A stretch of 64,000 bases of DNA from Obrimoposthia wandeli (Eukaryota). Positions 13,147 through 22,808 of this stretch are shown here, in pieces. Position 1 is the first letter of the stretch. The number at the start of each line of letters is the position of its first letter. A program made the translations under genes and the position numbers. The notes under the pieces were generated by a model. It ran no database searches, was not told the DNA's origin, and saw only the letters and a list, made by a program, of their open reading frames with translations. The stretch covers positions 248,001 to 312,000 of the forward strand of contig CDROCS010002686.1 in the NCBI GenBank assembly GCA_977020255.1, read 5' to 3'.

Positions 13147-13600
13147 TTAAAACATAGAAATATGAGCACGTTCAATTTTCCACATAGGCAACTTTGTCCC
13201 CATTTCATCTTTCTTGTAACTATAAAGTCGAATTGTTACAGTCCATTGCTTCTTTTTCGGAAATGCACCAATATCAACATATCTTCCATAGTCATCTAGA
13301 AATGCTTCATCGGGTCCTCGGATATAAAATTCGTTCTTATTGAAAGTAAAATTCGGAACATGCATTTTCAACTTTCTGTTTAAGATATTGAAAATATGGT
13401 TTTTGAATATTTGATAGATAGTAGCTGAACTTTCTTCTTTCAATTGTCACAGGATTTACTAAAGCAATCAGTTGAGCCTTCTTCAAGAATCTGACTTTGT
13501 ATTTGAAATATTGTTTCACTTCTTCATACATATCCTTATCCGATTCTTCAAACATTTCTATATCTTCCTCATCGCTTAATACCCGTTGGCTATCATCCAT
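13147..13600 (-). pseudogene. Polinton ORF-B, consensus 150 aa, 1-nt insertion near 13360
   Basis: Track ORFs 13337-13630 and 13147-13443 are joined by removing one T (GCATGTT vs GCAGTT in copy 2). Confidence 0.8.
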
Positions 13601-13639
13601 CGTTGATAATTGTCTTTGATATGAATGCATTTACTGTGA

Positions 13640-13860
13640 TTTGTCCTCCAATAGCGCATTCTTTTATACTAATTTATAACAAAGACATGAATCTCATTGG
13701 TTAATACAACTAAAGAATTGAATTTGATTGGACTAAATCCATATTAAAAATCAAATTTGATTGGAAGAAATATATCATCCAATTATAATAGGTTTGCAAG
13801 ATAATTACAAGAAACGTGCAATAAAAAAGCAGGTTCAGACATATATAAAGAAGATTTTAT
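13640..13860. promoter_or_regulatory. Divergent Pol II-type promoter region (ORF-B leftward, TBP-like rightward)
   Basis: TATATAAAG at 13842-13850, 30 nt before ATG 13880; minus-strand TATAAAAG at 13661-13668; CCAAT/ATTGG at 13648, 13696, 13727, 13760, 13779. Confidence 0.55.
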
Positions 13861-13879
13861 AGAATACAATTTTAGTCTA

Positions 13880-14376
13880 ATGAAACTCGTAAATATAAAT
13901 TATAAAGGTAGAACAGAAGATGATGTTTCGTACTTACCATTCAATGAATGGAAGCCGAAATAATATGTGGAAAAGTTTGACAATTTCACAGTTGTTATTT
14001 TTCCTACAGGTTAGTTTTTTTATTTTCATATTGAATTCTTTTAGGAAATTGTCGTGTTATGGGATGCAAAATACCAATACTTGGGTTCAATTTACCATTT
14101 AGAATTCGAATCACTGCAATACAATCAATCACGATTTCGGCTAATCTTGGGAAACAGATAAATATTTTTAAAACTACAGAGAAAATGAAAGAAGAATGCA
14201 TGTTTGAACCAAAAATTTTTCCTGCTCTTAGTTATTTAAAGTTTAAACCGCTATGTGTAAATATATTTTCCAGTGGTAAAGTTATGATATTGGGATTGAA
14301 AAATTTTGATTATCCAGACATTGTTGATTTGATTTTAGAAAATATATCTTATTACATCTTGTTATCTTTTCTATAA
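13880..14376 (+). pseudogene. TATA-binding-protein-like gene, 2 exons (13880-14009, 14045-14376), one premature TAA in this copy
   Basis: Spliced product has two TBP repeats: LVNIN...VVIFPTGNCRVMGCK and IQSITISANL...FEPKIFPALSY...VNIFSSGKVMILGLK. 35-nt GTTAGT..TTTTAG intron. TAA at codon 28 is CAA in copy 2. Confidence 0.85.
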
Positions 14377-14404
14377 ACAAACCCGTTTAAACTTATTTTT
14401 TCAA

Positions 14405-14677
14405 ATGAATAATACTATAAATAGAGACAATGAAGTGAATCGTCTTGCCGACGAAATATTTTCGGGAAAAATTAGGGGTAAAGAAATTTTATCAGAATTA
14501 AAAAATAATGATATAACAAGAGATAACATTGAAATATTGGTTAGATCACACGTTATTCGAGAATTTAGAAATCGTACACAAATAAATAAAATTATAGCCA
14601 AATATTCATTAATTAATTTTTGTATTTCATCTACAATAGCTCTAACATTGTACATTTCAATAAGGAAACTTCTATGA
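14405..14677 (+). CDS. 90-aa protein with a C-terminal hydrophobic segment
   Basis: Intact in both copies; ends YSLINFCISSTIALTLYISIRKLL. Confidence 0.7.
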   Translation: MNNTINRDNEVNRLADEIFSGKIRGKEILSELKNNDITRDNIEILVRSHVIREFRNRTQINKIIAKYSLINFCISSTIALTLYISIRKLL

Positions 14678-14714
14678 TAATATAAACAATATTAAAAATG
14701 AAAGAGTATATGCA

Positions 14715-15362
14715 ATGGAGCTAAATAATAATGCTGTATTTCAAATAGTTGGCCCAAGTGGAAGTGGAAAGACACATTTCGTCTGTAAATTGTTGCAAAA
14801 TGAATCTCTTTTCAAATCTAGTTTCAAAAATATTTATTGGTATCATGGTGGAGGAGGGGAAAGCGGGTTAACCAAAACAGAAGTTTGCAAGTTGAAGGGT
14901 ATAAAATTTATTGAAGGATTTGATGCAAATTGGTGTGAAAGATTGAAAAAAGAAGATGTAATAATAATTGATGATTTGTATGAGGAGGCTAACAAGGAAT
15001 CGGACTTTAATAATTTATTTACAAAGATTGCAAGACATCGTGAAGTTACAGTTATATTTATCACTCAAAATCTGTTTCACCAAGGAGGTCACCATAGAAC
15101 AAGAAATCTTAATGTACATTACTTAGTTTTATTTAAAAATCCTAGAGATCAAACAGTTGTTGATTTTGTGGCCAGACAGGCATTTCCTCAAAATAAGAAC
15201 TTTCTAGTTGATTCATTCCACGATGCTGCTAAACAAGCACATGGGTATATATTTATTGACTTTACACAAGCTTGCCCAGATGATTTACGTGTTTTAACAG
15301 ACATATTTAATTCTAAGGGAGTAACTGTTTATAAACAAATAGAGAACAATTATAAAAAATAA
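14715..15362 (+). CDS. Packaging ATPase (A32/FtsK-like)
   Basis: Walker A GPSGSGKT, Walker B IIIDDL, ITQNLFHQG, RTRNLN, LFKNPRD. Confidence 0.95.
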   Translation: MELNNNAVFQIVGPSGSGKTHFVCKLLQNESLFKSSFKNIYWYHGGGGESGLTKTEVCKLKGIKFIEGFDANWCERLKKEDVIIIDDLYEEANKESDFNNLFTKIARHREVTVIFITQNLFHQGGHHRTRNLNVHYLVLFKNPRDQTVVDFVARQAFPQNKNFLVDSFHDAAKQAHGYIFIDFTQACPDDLRVLTDIFNSKGVTVYKQIENNYKK

Positions 15363-15369
15363 ATTTGCA

Positions 15370-15525
15370 ATGCCTTTTACAAAGTTGGTAGTAAAACTTA
15401 AAGTAAAATCTAAGAAATCAAAAAAAAGACTCATTAAGAAAAAAGAAGTGAAAAAATTAATCAAATCTGTAATTAGAAATAAAAAAAACTTAAATGGCTT
15501 CGAATATAAACAATATTTAAATTGA
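15370..15525 (+). CDS. Lysine-rich 51-aa protein (possible DNA-condensing core peptide)
   Basis: MPFTKLVVKLKVKSKKSKKRLIKKKEVKKLIKSVIRNKKNLNGFEYKQYLN; below the ORF-track cutoff; frameshifted in copy 2. Confidence 0.45.
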   Translation: MPFTKLVVKLKVKSKKSKKRLIKKKEVKKLIKSVIRNKKNLNGFEYKQYLN

Positions 15526-15540
15526 ACCTTTTTAATTAAA

Positions 15541-15869
15541 ATGAAGAAAATACAAAGAAGCATACCCTATATTAAAGCTTTAGTCAAAGCCTCTTCGCAT
15601 AAGAGAATGATTATTCTTAAAGCATTTCCATCTTTTGTTGTAGATGATTTATTGGTAATTTTGTATAATATAGTTTTGGGTTGAGTAAAAGTTGGAAATC
15701 GGACAAATATATTAAAGTAATATAGAAAAACTCTTCTAGATATTGCTAATGTAAAAAGTAAAAAAGGAAACGAAATATTATTCTTAAACAGAATTGTAGT
15801 TTCATAGGGGCTGTTATTCCAGTTGTTGCTTCAATTATCAGTAGTATTATAGCTGCGACACGTTCATAA
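15541..15869 (+). pseudogene. Conserved small Polinton virion protein (pX/'gasderminX'-like), consensus 109 codons
   Basis: KRMIILK..VVDDLL..LYNIVLG..YRKTLLDIA..KRNIILKQN(GG)FIGAVIPVVASII. TGA 15682, TAA 15718 and a 1-nt deletion; copy 2 keeps the QNGGF protease-site-like motif. Confidence 0.7.
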
Positions 15870-15897
15870 ACAATTATTTATAAAATCAGTTAAAGAT

Positions 15898-16116
15898 ATG
15901 GGTGCTAACCCTTCTTTACCTAAATTTAAATTGTCTTTCTATTCAAATTGTTGTAATGGAGAAGATATGGTTCAATCCAAAAGATCCAATTGGCTACACA
16001 GGAGTTTCAAAATTAGCAAAAAGAACAAAACAAAATTACAAGAAAACGCAGAAATGGCTAAGCGACCAGCTACCCTACAGTCTGAACAAGCCGATGAGAA
16101 GAAGGTTTCCAACTAG
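15898..16116 (+). CDS. 72-aa ORF overlapping the integrase start, with MGxxxS and CC motifs
   Basis: MGANPSLPKFKLSFYSNCCNG; open in copy 2 as far as visible (MGTNPS). Confidence 0.5.
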   Translation: MGANPSLPKFKLSFYSNCCNGEDMVQSKRSNWLHRSFKISKKNKTKLQENAEMAKRPATLQSEQADEKKVSN

Positions 16117-16983
16117 AGCTTACAAAACCAGCGGTCCTAATAATTTATGGCAAATGGATTTGATGGAGATGATCCCATATTCTTCCATTAATAAGGGATA
16201 CCGATATATTTTAACATGTATTAATGTATTTAGCAGGTTTGCTCGTACAATTCCAGTTAAAGCAAAGTCTTCAATAGCTATGCTTGAAGCCATTAAAGAA
16301 ATATTAAAAGAGGACATTTCACAAAATGTGCAAACTGATTTAGGAAAAAAAATTATAATAAGCAAGTTAAATCTTTATTTAAACAAAATAATATAAATCA
16401 CTACTCTGTGTTTTCACAGTATAAAGCAGCAGTAGTAGAAAGATTTCATCATACTTTAAGAGATCGAATAAAAAAGTATTTCACAAAAGAAGGAAATAAA
16501 AAATGGATCCAAGTTTTACCTAAAATAATACATGCATATAATCATTCGGAACATAGAGGTCTCAAGGGAATGAGACCTGTTGATGTTACTAATAAAAATT
16601 CTATGGATATTTGGATGAACAGGAATAAAAAAGAAAATATTAAAAAAGCTAAATATAAGAAAAACGAATATGTCCGAATTTCGAAAATTAGCTATACTCC
16701 ATTTATTAAAAACTTTGATCAGAATTGGAGCGATGAAATATTTTGTATAAGTAAAATTGATCAAAAGAGTAATCCAATAATGTATACTATTAAAGATGCT
16801 GACAATACTATCGTTCACGGTAAATTTTACGAGCAAGAACTACAAGTAATATCAAATAAACCTAGCGTTTTCCGTATTCAAAAAATATTAAAATCTAAGG
16901 GTTCCGGTAAACATAAACAATACTATGTTAAATGGCATGGTTATTCAGATCCAACTTGGATATCAGCATCTAATATAATATGA
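15956..16983 (+). pseudogene. Retroviral-type (rve) DDE integrase with C-terminal chromodomain; frameshift at ~16350
   Basis: WQMDL, QTDLG, KAAVVERF catalytic motifs; FRIQKILKSKG..QYYVKWHGY chromodomain. Confidence 0.95.
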
Positions 16984-17998
16984 AGTCTATGTATATGGTT
17001 TTATCTAGTAACGGATGTCCGAAGACTCAACCAGATAATTACGCTAGTAGCTTTATTATCGATTGGGAAAATCCTATAAATCTCCAAGGAGAATGGGAAG
17101 AGGATTTTACAGAATTTTCCCTTTATTATTCTCCAATTACTATCAGAAAAAACTAACATATTTCGTTTACAAAAGAAGTTGATCATGAAAAATCAATTGA
17201 AGTTGTGATTGGGTTTGATAGTAAAGGAAAATTCTATTACAATTGTATAGATAAAGAAGTGAAAGTAATATATGAAAAAGACAAATTATATTTGGATATG
17301 ATAGAGAAGCTCTTCAATTCGGTTTTGACAGTGGTCATGTACTAGGTATGAAAAGATCTGATATAGCCTCATCTAAATAGTTTAAAAATGTTCCCGATAG
17401 AGTAACAAAAGTGTTTTTAGTTGAAACGAGACCAAAGTATGTAGTGGAACTGAAAATGTTTTCAAAATATTATAAATTAGATAGTGAAGTGAATTTCTGT
17501 AAATTAATACAGAAGGAATGTAGTGAATATTTCGATAAATGTGTAACATTAAAAAATGGTAAAATAACGTTTACAGTAAAAAGCAATTTAATACGAGTTT
17601 TATTTGATGATAAACTCGCTAAAAACCTTGGTTTAAACAGAAATACCTTTGAAACCCATACAATAAAAACCATAAAAGCTAAAAATAAGACAAAACTTTT
17701 AAATATTGTTAATCATTTATATATTTATACTAATTTAATAGAACCAACGCTTGTAGGAGGACTGCGAGTTCCAAGTTTGAGAACAATATGGATATCTAAA
17801 AATGAAACTAGAGATGGGGACGCTGTCGGTATGTGTATAGATCAACCAATGTATCTTCCAGTTTCTCTCTTTTCTATAAACAATATTGAAGTAAATATTA
17901 GAGATTATTCCGGACAACTAATAGATTTCACGTACGGGGCCAAGACAAGTTTAACAATACATTTAAGAAAACAAAATGGCGAATCCAGCAATAATTGA
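16980..17998 (+). pseudogene. Minor capsid protein (penton)
   Basis: MVLSSNG..PDNYASSF..NPINLQGEWE at the N-terminus; LYIYTNLIEPTLVG..LRTI..MYLPV..IEVNIRDYSGQLIDF..LTIHLR at the C-terminus; internal stops; ATGA overlap with the integrase stop. Confidence 0.85.
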
Positions 17999-18353
17999 AG
18001 CTTATAGTCAAAGTCAACAAGGTGGAGAATTACCATATTTTGTTGGTAAACAATATAGATCTGGCTGGCTTAGAACATTAGGTAGATTTGCCTTTCCCCT
18101 TTTAAAGAGACTCGGGTGATTTATATCAAAATTAGGAAAGGACTACCTTTCATCTAAGGACAATAAACTAATACCAACTTTTAAGAAGCATGCGCTTGAT
18201 GAACTTGATAATGTTTTACCTGAAGTTGCTAATTTGATTAGAAAACGTAAATGAAATAAAAGCCAAGGATGTAGTGGATTTAAACGTAAATAGAAGCAAA
18301 AAATTAATATAAACAAACGTAATAAAGTTGAAGGAACAATATTTGCAAAATGA
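17976..18353 (+). pseudogene. pVII-like core protein
   Basis: YSQSQQGGELPYFVGKQY.SGWLRTLGRFAFPLLK pattern; three in-frame stops; stop overlaps the major capsid ATG. Confidence 0.75.
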
Positions 18354-19093
18354 GTTGCGCCAAAACTGAATTGTGTATTTTTGATAAACAACTTCCACAA
18401 GTAGTTGTAGATAATGCTTCCTTTGAAGAAATATTTCTAGTTAACTCAGTTTCAGGAACCACTTTAACCGATTTAGAATTTAATATTAATGGTTCCAATA
18501 GCGAGTATTTAGATTTGAATGATACTTTGCTTTATGTTCAAATAAAAGTATTAAATCGGGATGGTACTAATTTAGATGAAAATGCAGATGTAACACCTGT
18601 AAATTATCTCTTTAATTCTTTATTTAGTGATGCCATTGTTACTCTTAATAATGTCAAAATTGAAGGTGGAAATTCTTCCTATGCTCATAAAGCTTTGATT
18701 GAAAGTCTTTTAAATTATAGCACTGATACTTAAAATACCAATTTGGCAACCATTGGTTATGATTAAACTGTCGCAACTCGCAAAGAATGGATTGCGGGTT
18801 CTAAAGCTTACGAAATGTCTTTGAGATTGAATTTCTTTGAACAACTGAAATATTTAATTCCCGGTGTTAATGTACATCTTCGTTTGAAACGTAATAAATA
18901 TAATTTTTCTTTGATAAGCACAGACGTTCTAAAACCTAGACTTGATATTTTGGATGCAAAATTGTATGTCCGAAGAGTTAAAACCGAGCAATCAGTTTTA
19001 ATGGCACATAATATAGGAATGGAAAAAAACAATGCTTGTTATCCTATTAGAAAAACTAAACGATTAGTGTGTTATAAAAATAAATATTTTTAA
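18350..19093 (+). pseudogene. Major capsid protein (double jelly-roll), 3'-truncated
   Basis: CAKTELCIF, LEFNING..YLDLNDTLL, PVNYLFNSLFS, LLNYSTD, GVNVHLRLKR, AHN..NACYPIR; stops at 18731 and 18764; similarity ends after ~240 codons. Confidence 0.9.
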
Positions 19094-19333
19094 TGTTTTA
19101 TTTTGAATAATTTTTTTCAATCCCTAAAAATATAAGGATAATAAATAATAAAAGACATAAGACGATATTTTTTTTAATACATTTATTAAAAACAACATCA
19201 CAATGAGATCTGTCAGCAAAGATAAGGTCCATCCTAAAAAATGTTTCGAAATAACAAAAAGTTAGAGTCAAGGTGCCATAGGGATCTAAAATTTTAAAAA
19301 ACTAATCTAAAAAAATCAAAAAATGAAAACCGT

Positions 19334-21966
19334 TTAAATTCGGAAGTGTCCATAAGCCAGGCTAGTGTTATTTTCTACCCAAAAGCGCTTGTCGTCATAA
19401 CTACTCAAAGCGATTTTGGTTGATTTATGGGAATACAGTTGATGGGCTCTTGAAATAAATCTAGTTTGCTCAACGCTTTCAATACACCGAGTATCATAAA
19501 CTTTCCGGTAAGCCTCATGTGTAAGATTGTTTCTTCCCACACCCTTTGCTCTCATTGAACATGTATTATTAGATGCATGTAAACTGTAGCATTTAGGGCG
19601 TAGGAAAATACAATCATCATACGTAGCCTGTCCCTCGCTTTCATCCTTAAATTTCCCGATAATATCCTTTAAACTCATAGAGTGTAGAGGATGGTTAGCG
19701 GGATATTTATGGGTATCTAATAAGTTGTCCCTAAACATTGCCGGTAATAATTGATTATTTAAACTAACATTTTTACATTCTAAAAAGAAAGAGTCAGTGT
19801 CCCCAGCCGCGAGTTTGATCTCACAATTGAATTCTCGTCGATATTTCTCCAATTCTATGTATTGAAGCTCGTACATTCTGAGTTTAGAAATGTCTAAAAC
19901 CGTTTGACCTATATAACTCGGTCGATCGAGACAAATACTCTGTTTTCCTAATAACACTGCTACCAAGTCATCTGCAATTGTAAAACTACGCTTGAAGTTG
20001 TACTTGCTAGTATATGTTATTAGTTTACGCTCATCATTGCAAAACCGTAGACAAATACGTTTCCGCAAGTCCTCTACAGTTTTTCCAAAGAGGCTATTAC
20101 TTTTTAACTTGTAAAAATCCCGATCGAATTTGCTAGTGGCCAGATTACGTTTTCTAAAATTCTTCTCAATATAGTCTTTAAACACAAAGTTTTGACTGAA
20201 TCTTATAGCACGATGAATTCGAGTAACTTTCGCTCCCAACTTTAAGTAGAATTGAAGAAGCCGCCAATGCACAACATAATTCAATTTGTCTTCATGGGTT
20301 AACAATAATTTCTTAACCTTTGAATTAGGTGGGCATTGATGAACAGGCGCTACTGGAAGATCATCTTTATCATGCACATTGGAAGGGATTGTTAAGTCAA
20401 CCTCAACCAAATAGCCGATGTCTGATGAAACTGTATCGACAGTAGCCAAATCTGTCATCAACTTATTCAACTCTTCCTCATCATAAACCCACTTAAAGTT
20501 GGCATGAGGTAGAGGTTGAGTAAGCGCCCACCCATACAAATTATTAATATCGATGTACAGATGTTTGTTGACAAAAGTCATTCCACCACGTATACCATAA
20601 TCATACATTTGATACATTGCGGGTTCTTGCAGTAACTCGATATTAATTTTAAGAGTTTTTTTATTGCTGTTGCCCATGAAAGACCAGGTAAACTAAAGAA
20701 ATGCATGGGATCTAGCCCATCTTCTGCTAAAGACTTTACACGAAAGGACTCAAAAACATCAGCTAAAAGATAAATGTATAATTTCATATAATAAAGCATA
20801 TATTCTAAAAGATTTCGAAAATTATTCGCCCAAAATGTACGGGCCTCATTATAGTAGACTTACACTTTCAAATTCAGTTATGGGTGGGATTTCTGTGATA
20901 TTTTCTAAATCTGTAAAGGTTTTCGCAAATTTATACGGAAAAATCCCCTTATCATTAACCGAAGCTGGGAACACTGACTGTGTGATAGGCCATGCATTTA
21001 AAGATGCCGTTAAATTTTTTAAAGACCCCCTCAAAAACTGCAGAGAATCTATGAATCTTAAACTGCAGAATTCAGTATATGCAGTTAAAGATAAATATTT
21101 CTCTGAAGTTTGAGGTATACATGAAATTTCCCAAGAGCTTAATGTACCCAACGCATATTTAAGTATATGATGCAAATCATATCCTTTGAGGTTATGAAAC
21201 ACGATGGGAATTCGTGGTTTTTTAGGGAGACGACGGCCAAGGTTACAGAGGTTGCACGCTGCTCCCAAGTATCGCCCCATAACATGATCGTGATCTCTGA
21301 CTAACTTAGACTGGGTTCCACACAAATAACATAATCTACAAGAATTAAAATTAATCCAGTCTACGCCTGTCATGATCATTGCTTGATGAGCATTAAGATC
21401 ATACCACGGTTTGACAATTGTTGTTCCTAATTCTTCTAATTTTAACATAAAATCTAAAATACAATTTGGACCGGAAAATTTATGATACTGTGTAATATTG
21501 GGGCCTAAGAATAGTAGTCCTGCCGAAGCCGGTAGGTGAATACTCTCATACTGGTCGTGCAATGCTAAAATTGACTCAAAATCGGCATACACCCTGAATT
21601 CCACGGGTATGCATTTTGCCCAATCCCTGAATTTTAAATCCTTATCCTTAGGCATGCTATATAGCGTATTGTCATCAGGATTCAGTGAACATAATGTCAG
21701 ATGTTTGCTGTAAGAGAGCTCGGATCGGAATCCATGCAAACATCTATGTCACCACTTACACCTTGTCCTAACCGTAGGCTCCATTATCTAAATTTAGAAG
21801 ACGATCTAAACTGGGAATTGCAGCATATGGGTATATTTTATTCTGTTCAAGCAAAATTAAGTTGACCTGAGTCCCCTCATTTTTGCTCCTATAAATTACA
21901 TCTACAAAAGGATTTTTAAATATTTCTTCATCTGTTACATTAACTGGGATATCAGTATTATATTTA
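19334..21966 (-). pseudogene. Protein-primed DNA polymerase B, exonuclease and polymerase portion
   Basis: RVYADFES, RDHDH..GRYLG..CNL, HNLKGYD, FIDSLQF, KGIFPY, LLADVFE, YIDINNLYG, KLKSNSLFGKT, GDTDSF, FLRPKCYS; several stops, frameshifts and deletions. Confidence 0.95.
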
Positions 21967-22026
21967 TTTTTTTATTTATCAAACATTTATTAATGTGAAC
22001 GCAATCAATTTCTCAAAGGCCCCATT

Positions 22027-22557
22027 CTACTTTACGTGGGTCCATGTCTCAATATGCTGCTGGTCCTCGGTAGCAGTAACAGTAACTGCTTGGGGTCTCG
22101 GTTTCGTCATTGGAACTTTGAGTAGGTCCGCGTACGTTTTCAGTACTCTTACGTCATCGCCGGGTACAGTTTTGGGCCCCTCGGCAGTCTCGATTGTAGC
22201 GGGGCCACCTTTTCGGCCATTACCCGTAACCGACCGTAGGTCGGTTTTCGGTTACGATTTCTCCTCCTGTCCATGTCGAAGTTTCGAACTCTGACCACCA
22301 CTATTCAAATCTCCCAACAAATCTGTTCGATTGTTGATAAAAGGTCTCTTTTCGGCATACGAGTCTGCTGCTTCCTTTAGACTAATGTTGTTCTTTGCCA
22401 TTACAAATTTGTCGATAATACCAGACAGTATCTTTGCGCACTCCTCGTTGACATCATAGTTTCGCAGTAACCCAAAAATATCGTCTTGGGCCCCCTGCAG
22501 GAGGTTATAATTACTCCCGTTGTTTACCTGCGCTTCATTATTTCTCTTCCTGACCAT
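22027..22557 (-). pseudogene. Second ORF of the insert, 176 codons with one internal TAA at 22252-22254
   Basis: MVRKRNNEAQ...EEKS*PKTDLRS...DQQHIETWTHVK*; same frame on both sides of the stop. Confidence 0.5.
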
Positions 22558-22605
22558 GTCGAAGTTTTCAGCTCTTATTATTTTTATTCAGATATTAATA
22601 AACAA

Positions 22606-22808
22606 TTTTTTTTTTTTTTTTTTTTTTGAATCAAAAGGCTCATTTTCGGCACACGAATCTGCTGTTGTTTGTTGGTTGTTGGTTGTTGGTTGGTGTTTGG
22701 TGGTTGTGGGTTGGTGTTTGGTGGTTGGTGGTTGTTGGTTGTTTTTTGTTGGTTGTTGGTTGTTGTTGTTGGTTGTTGGTTTTTGTTGTTGTAGTTTTGT
22801 TTGTTTTT
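22606..22808. repeat. T22 tract plus (GTT/GGTT)n low-complexity repeat
   Basis: 22 consecutive T at 22606-22627; GTTGGTTGTT-type repeats at ~22665-22808. Confidence 0.9.

Noticed and set aside
15717-15739. 23-nt GT..AG 'intron' that would remove the shared stop
   Set aside because: Shorter than any supported intron, shifts the frame and would delete the conserved YRKTL segment.
21995-22294. 99-aa plus-strand ORF
   Set aside because: Antisense shadow of the insert's second ORF.
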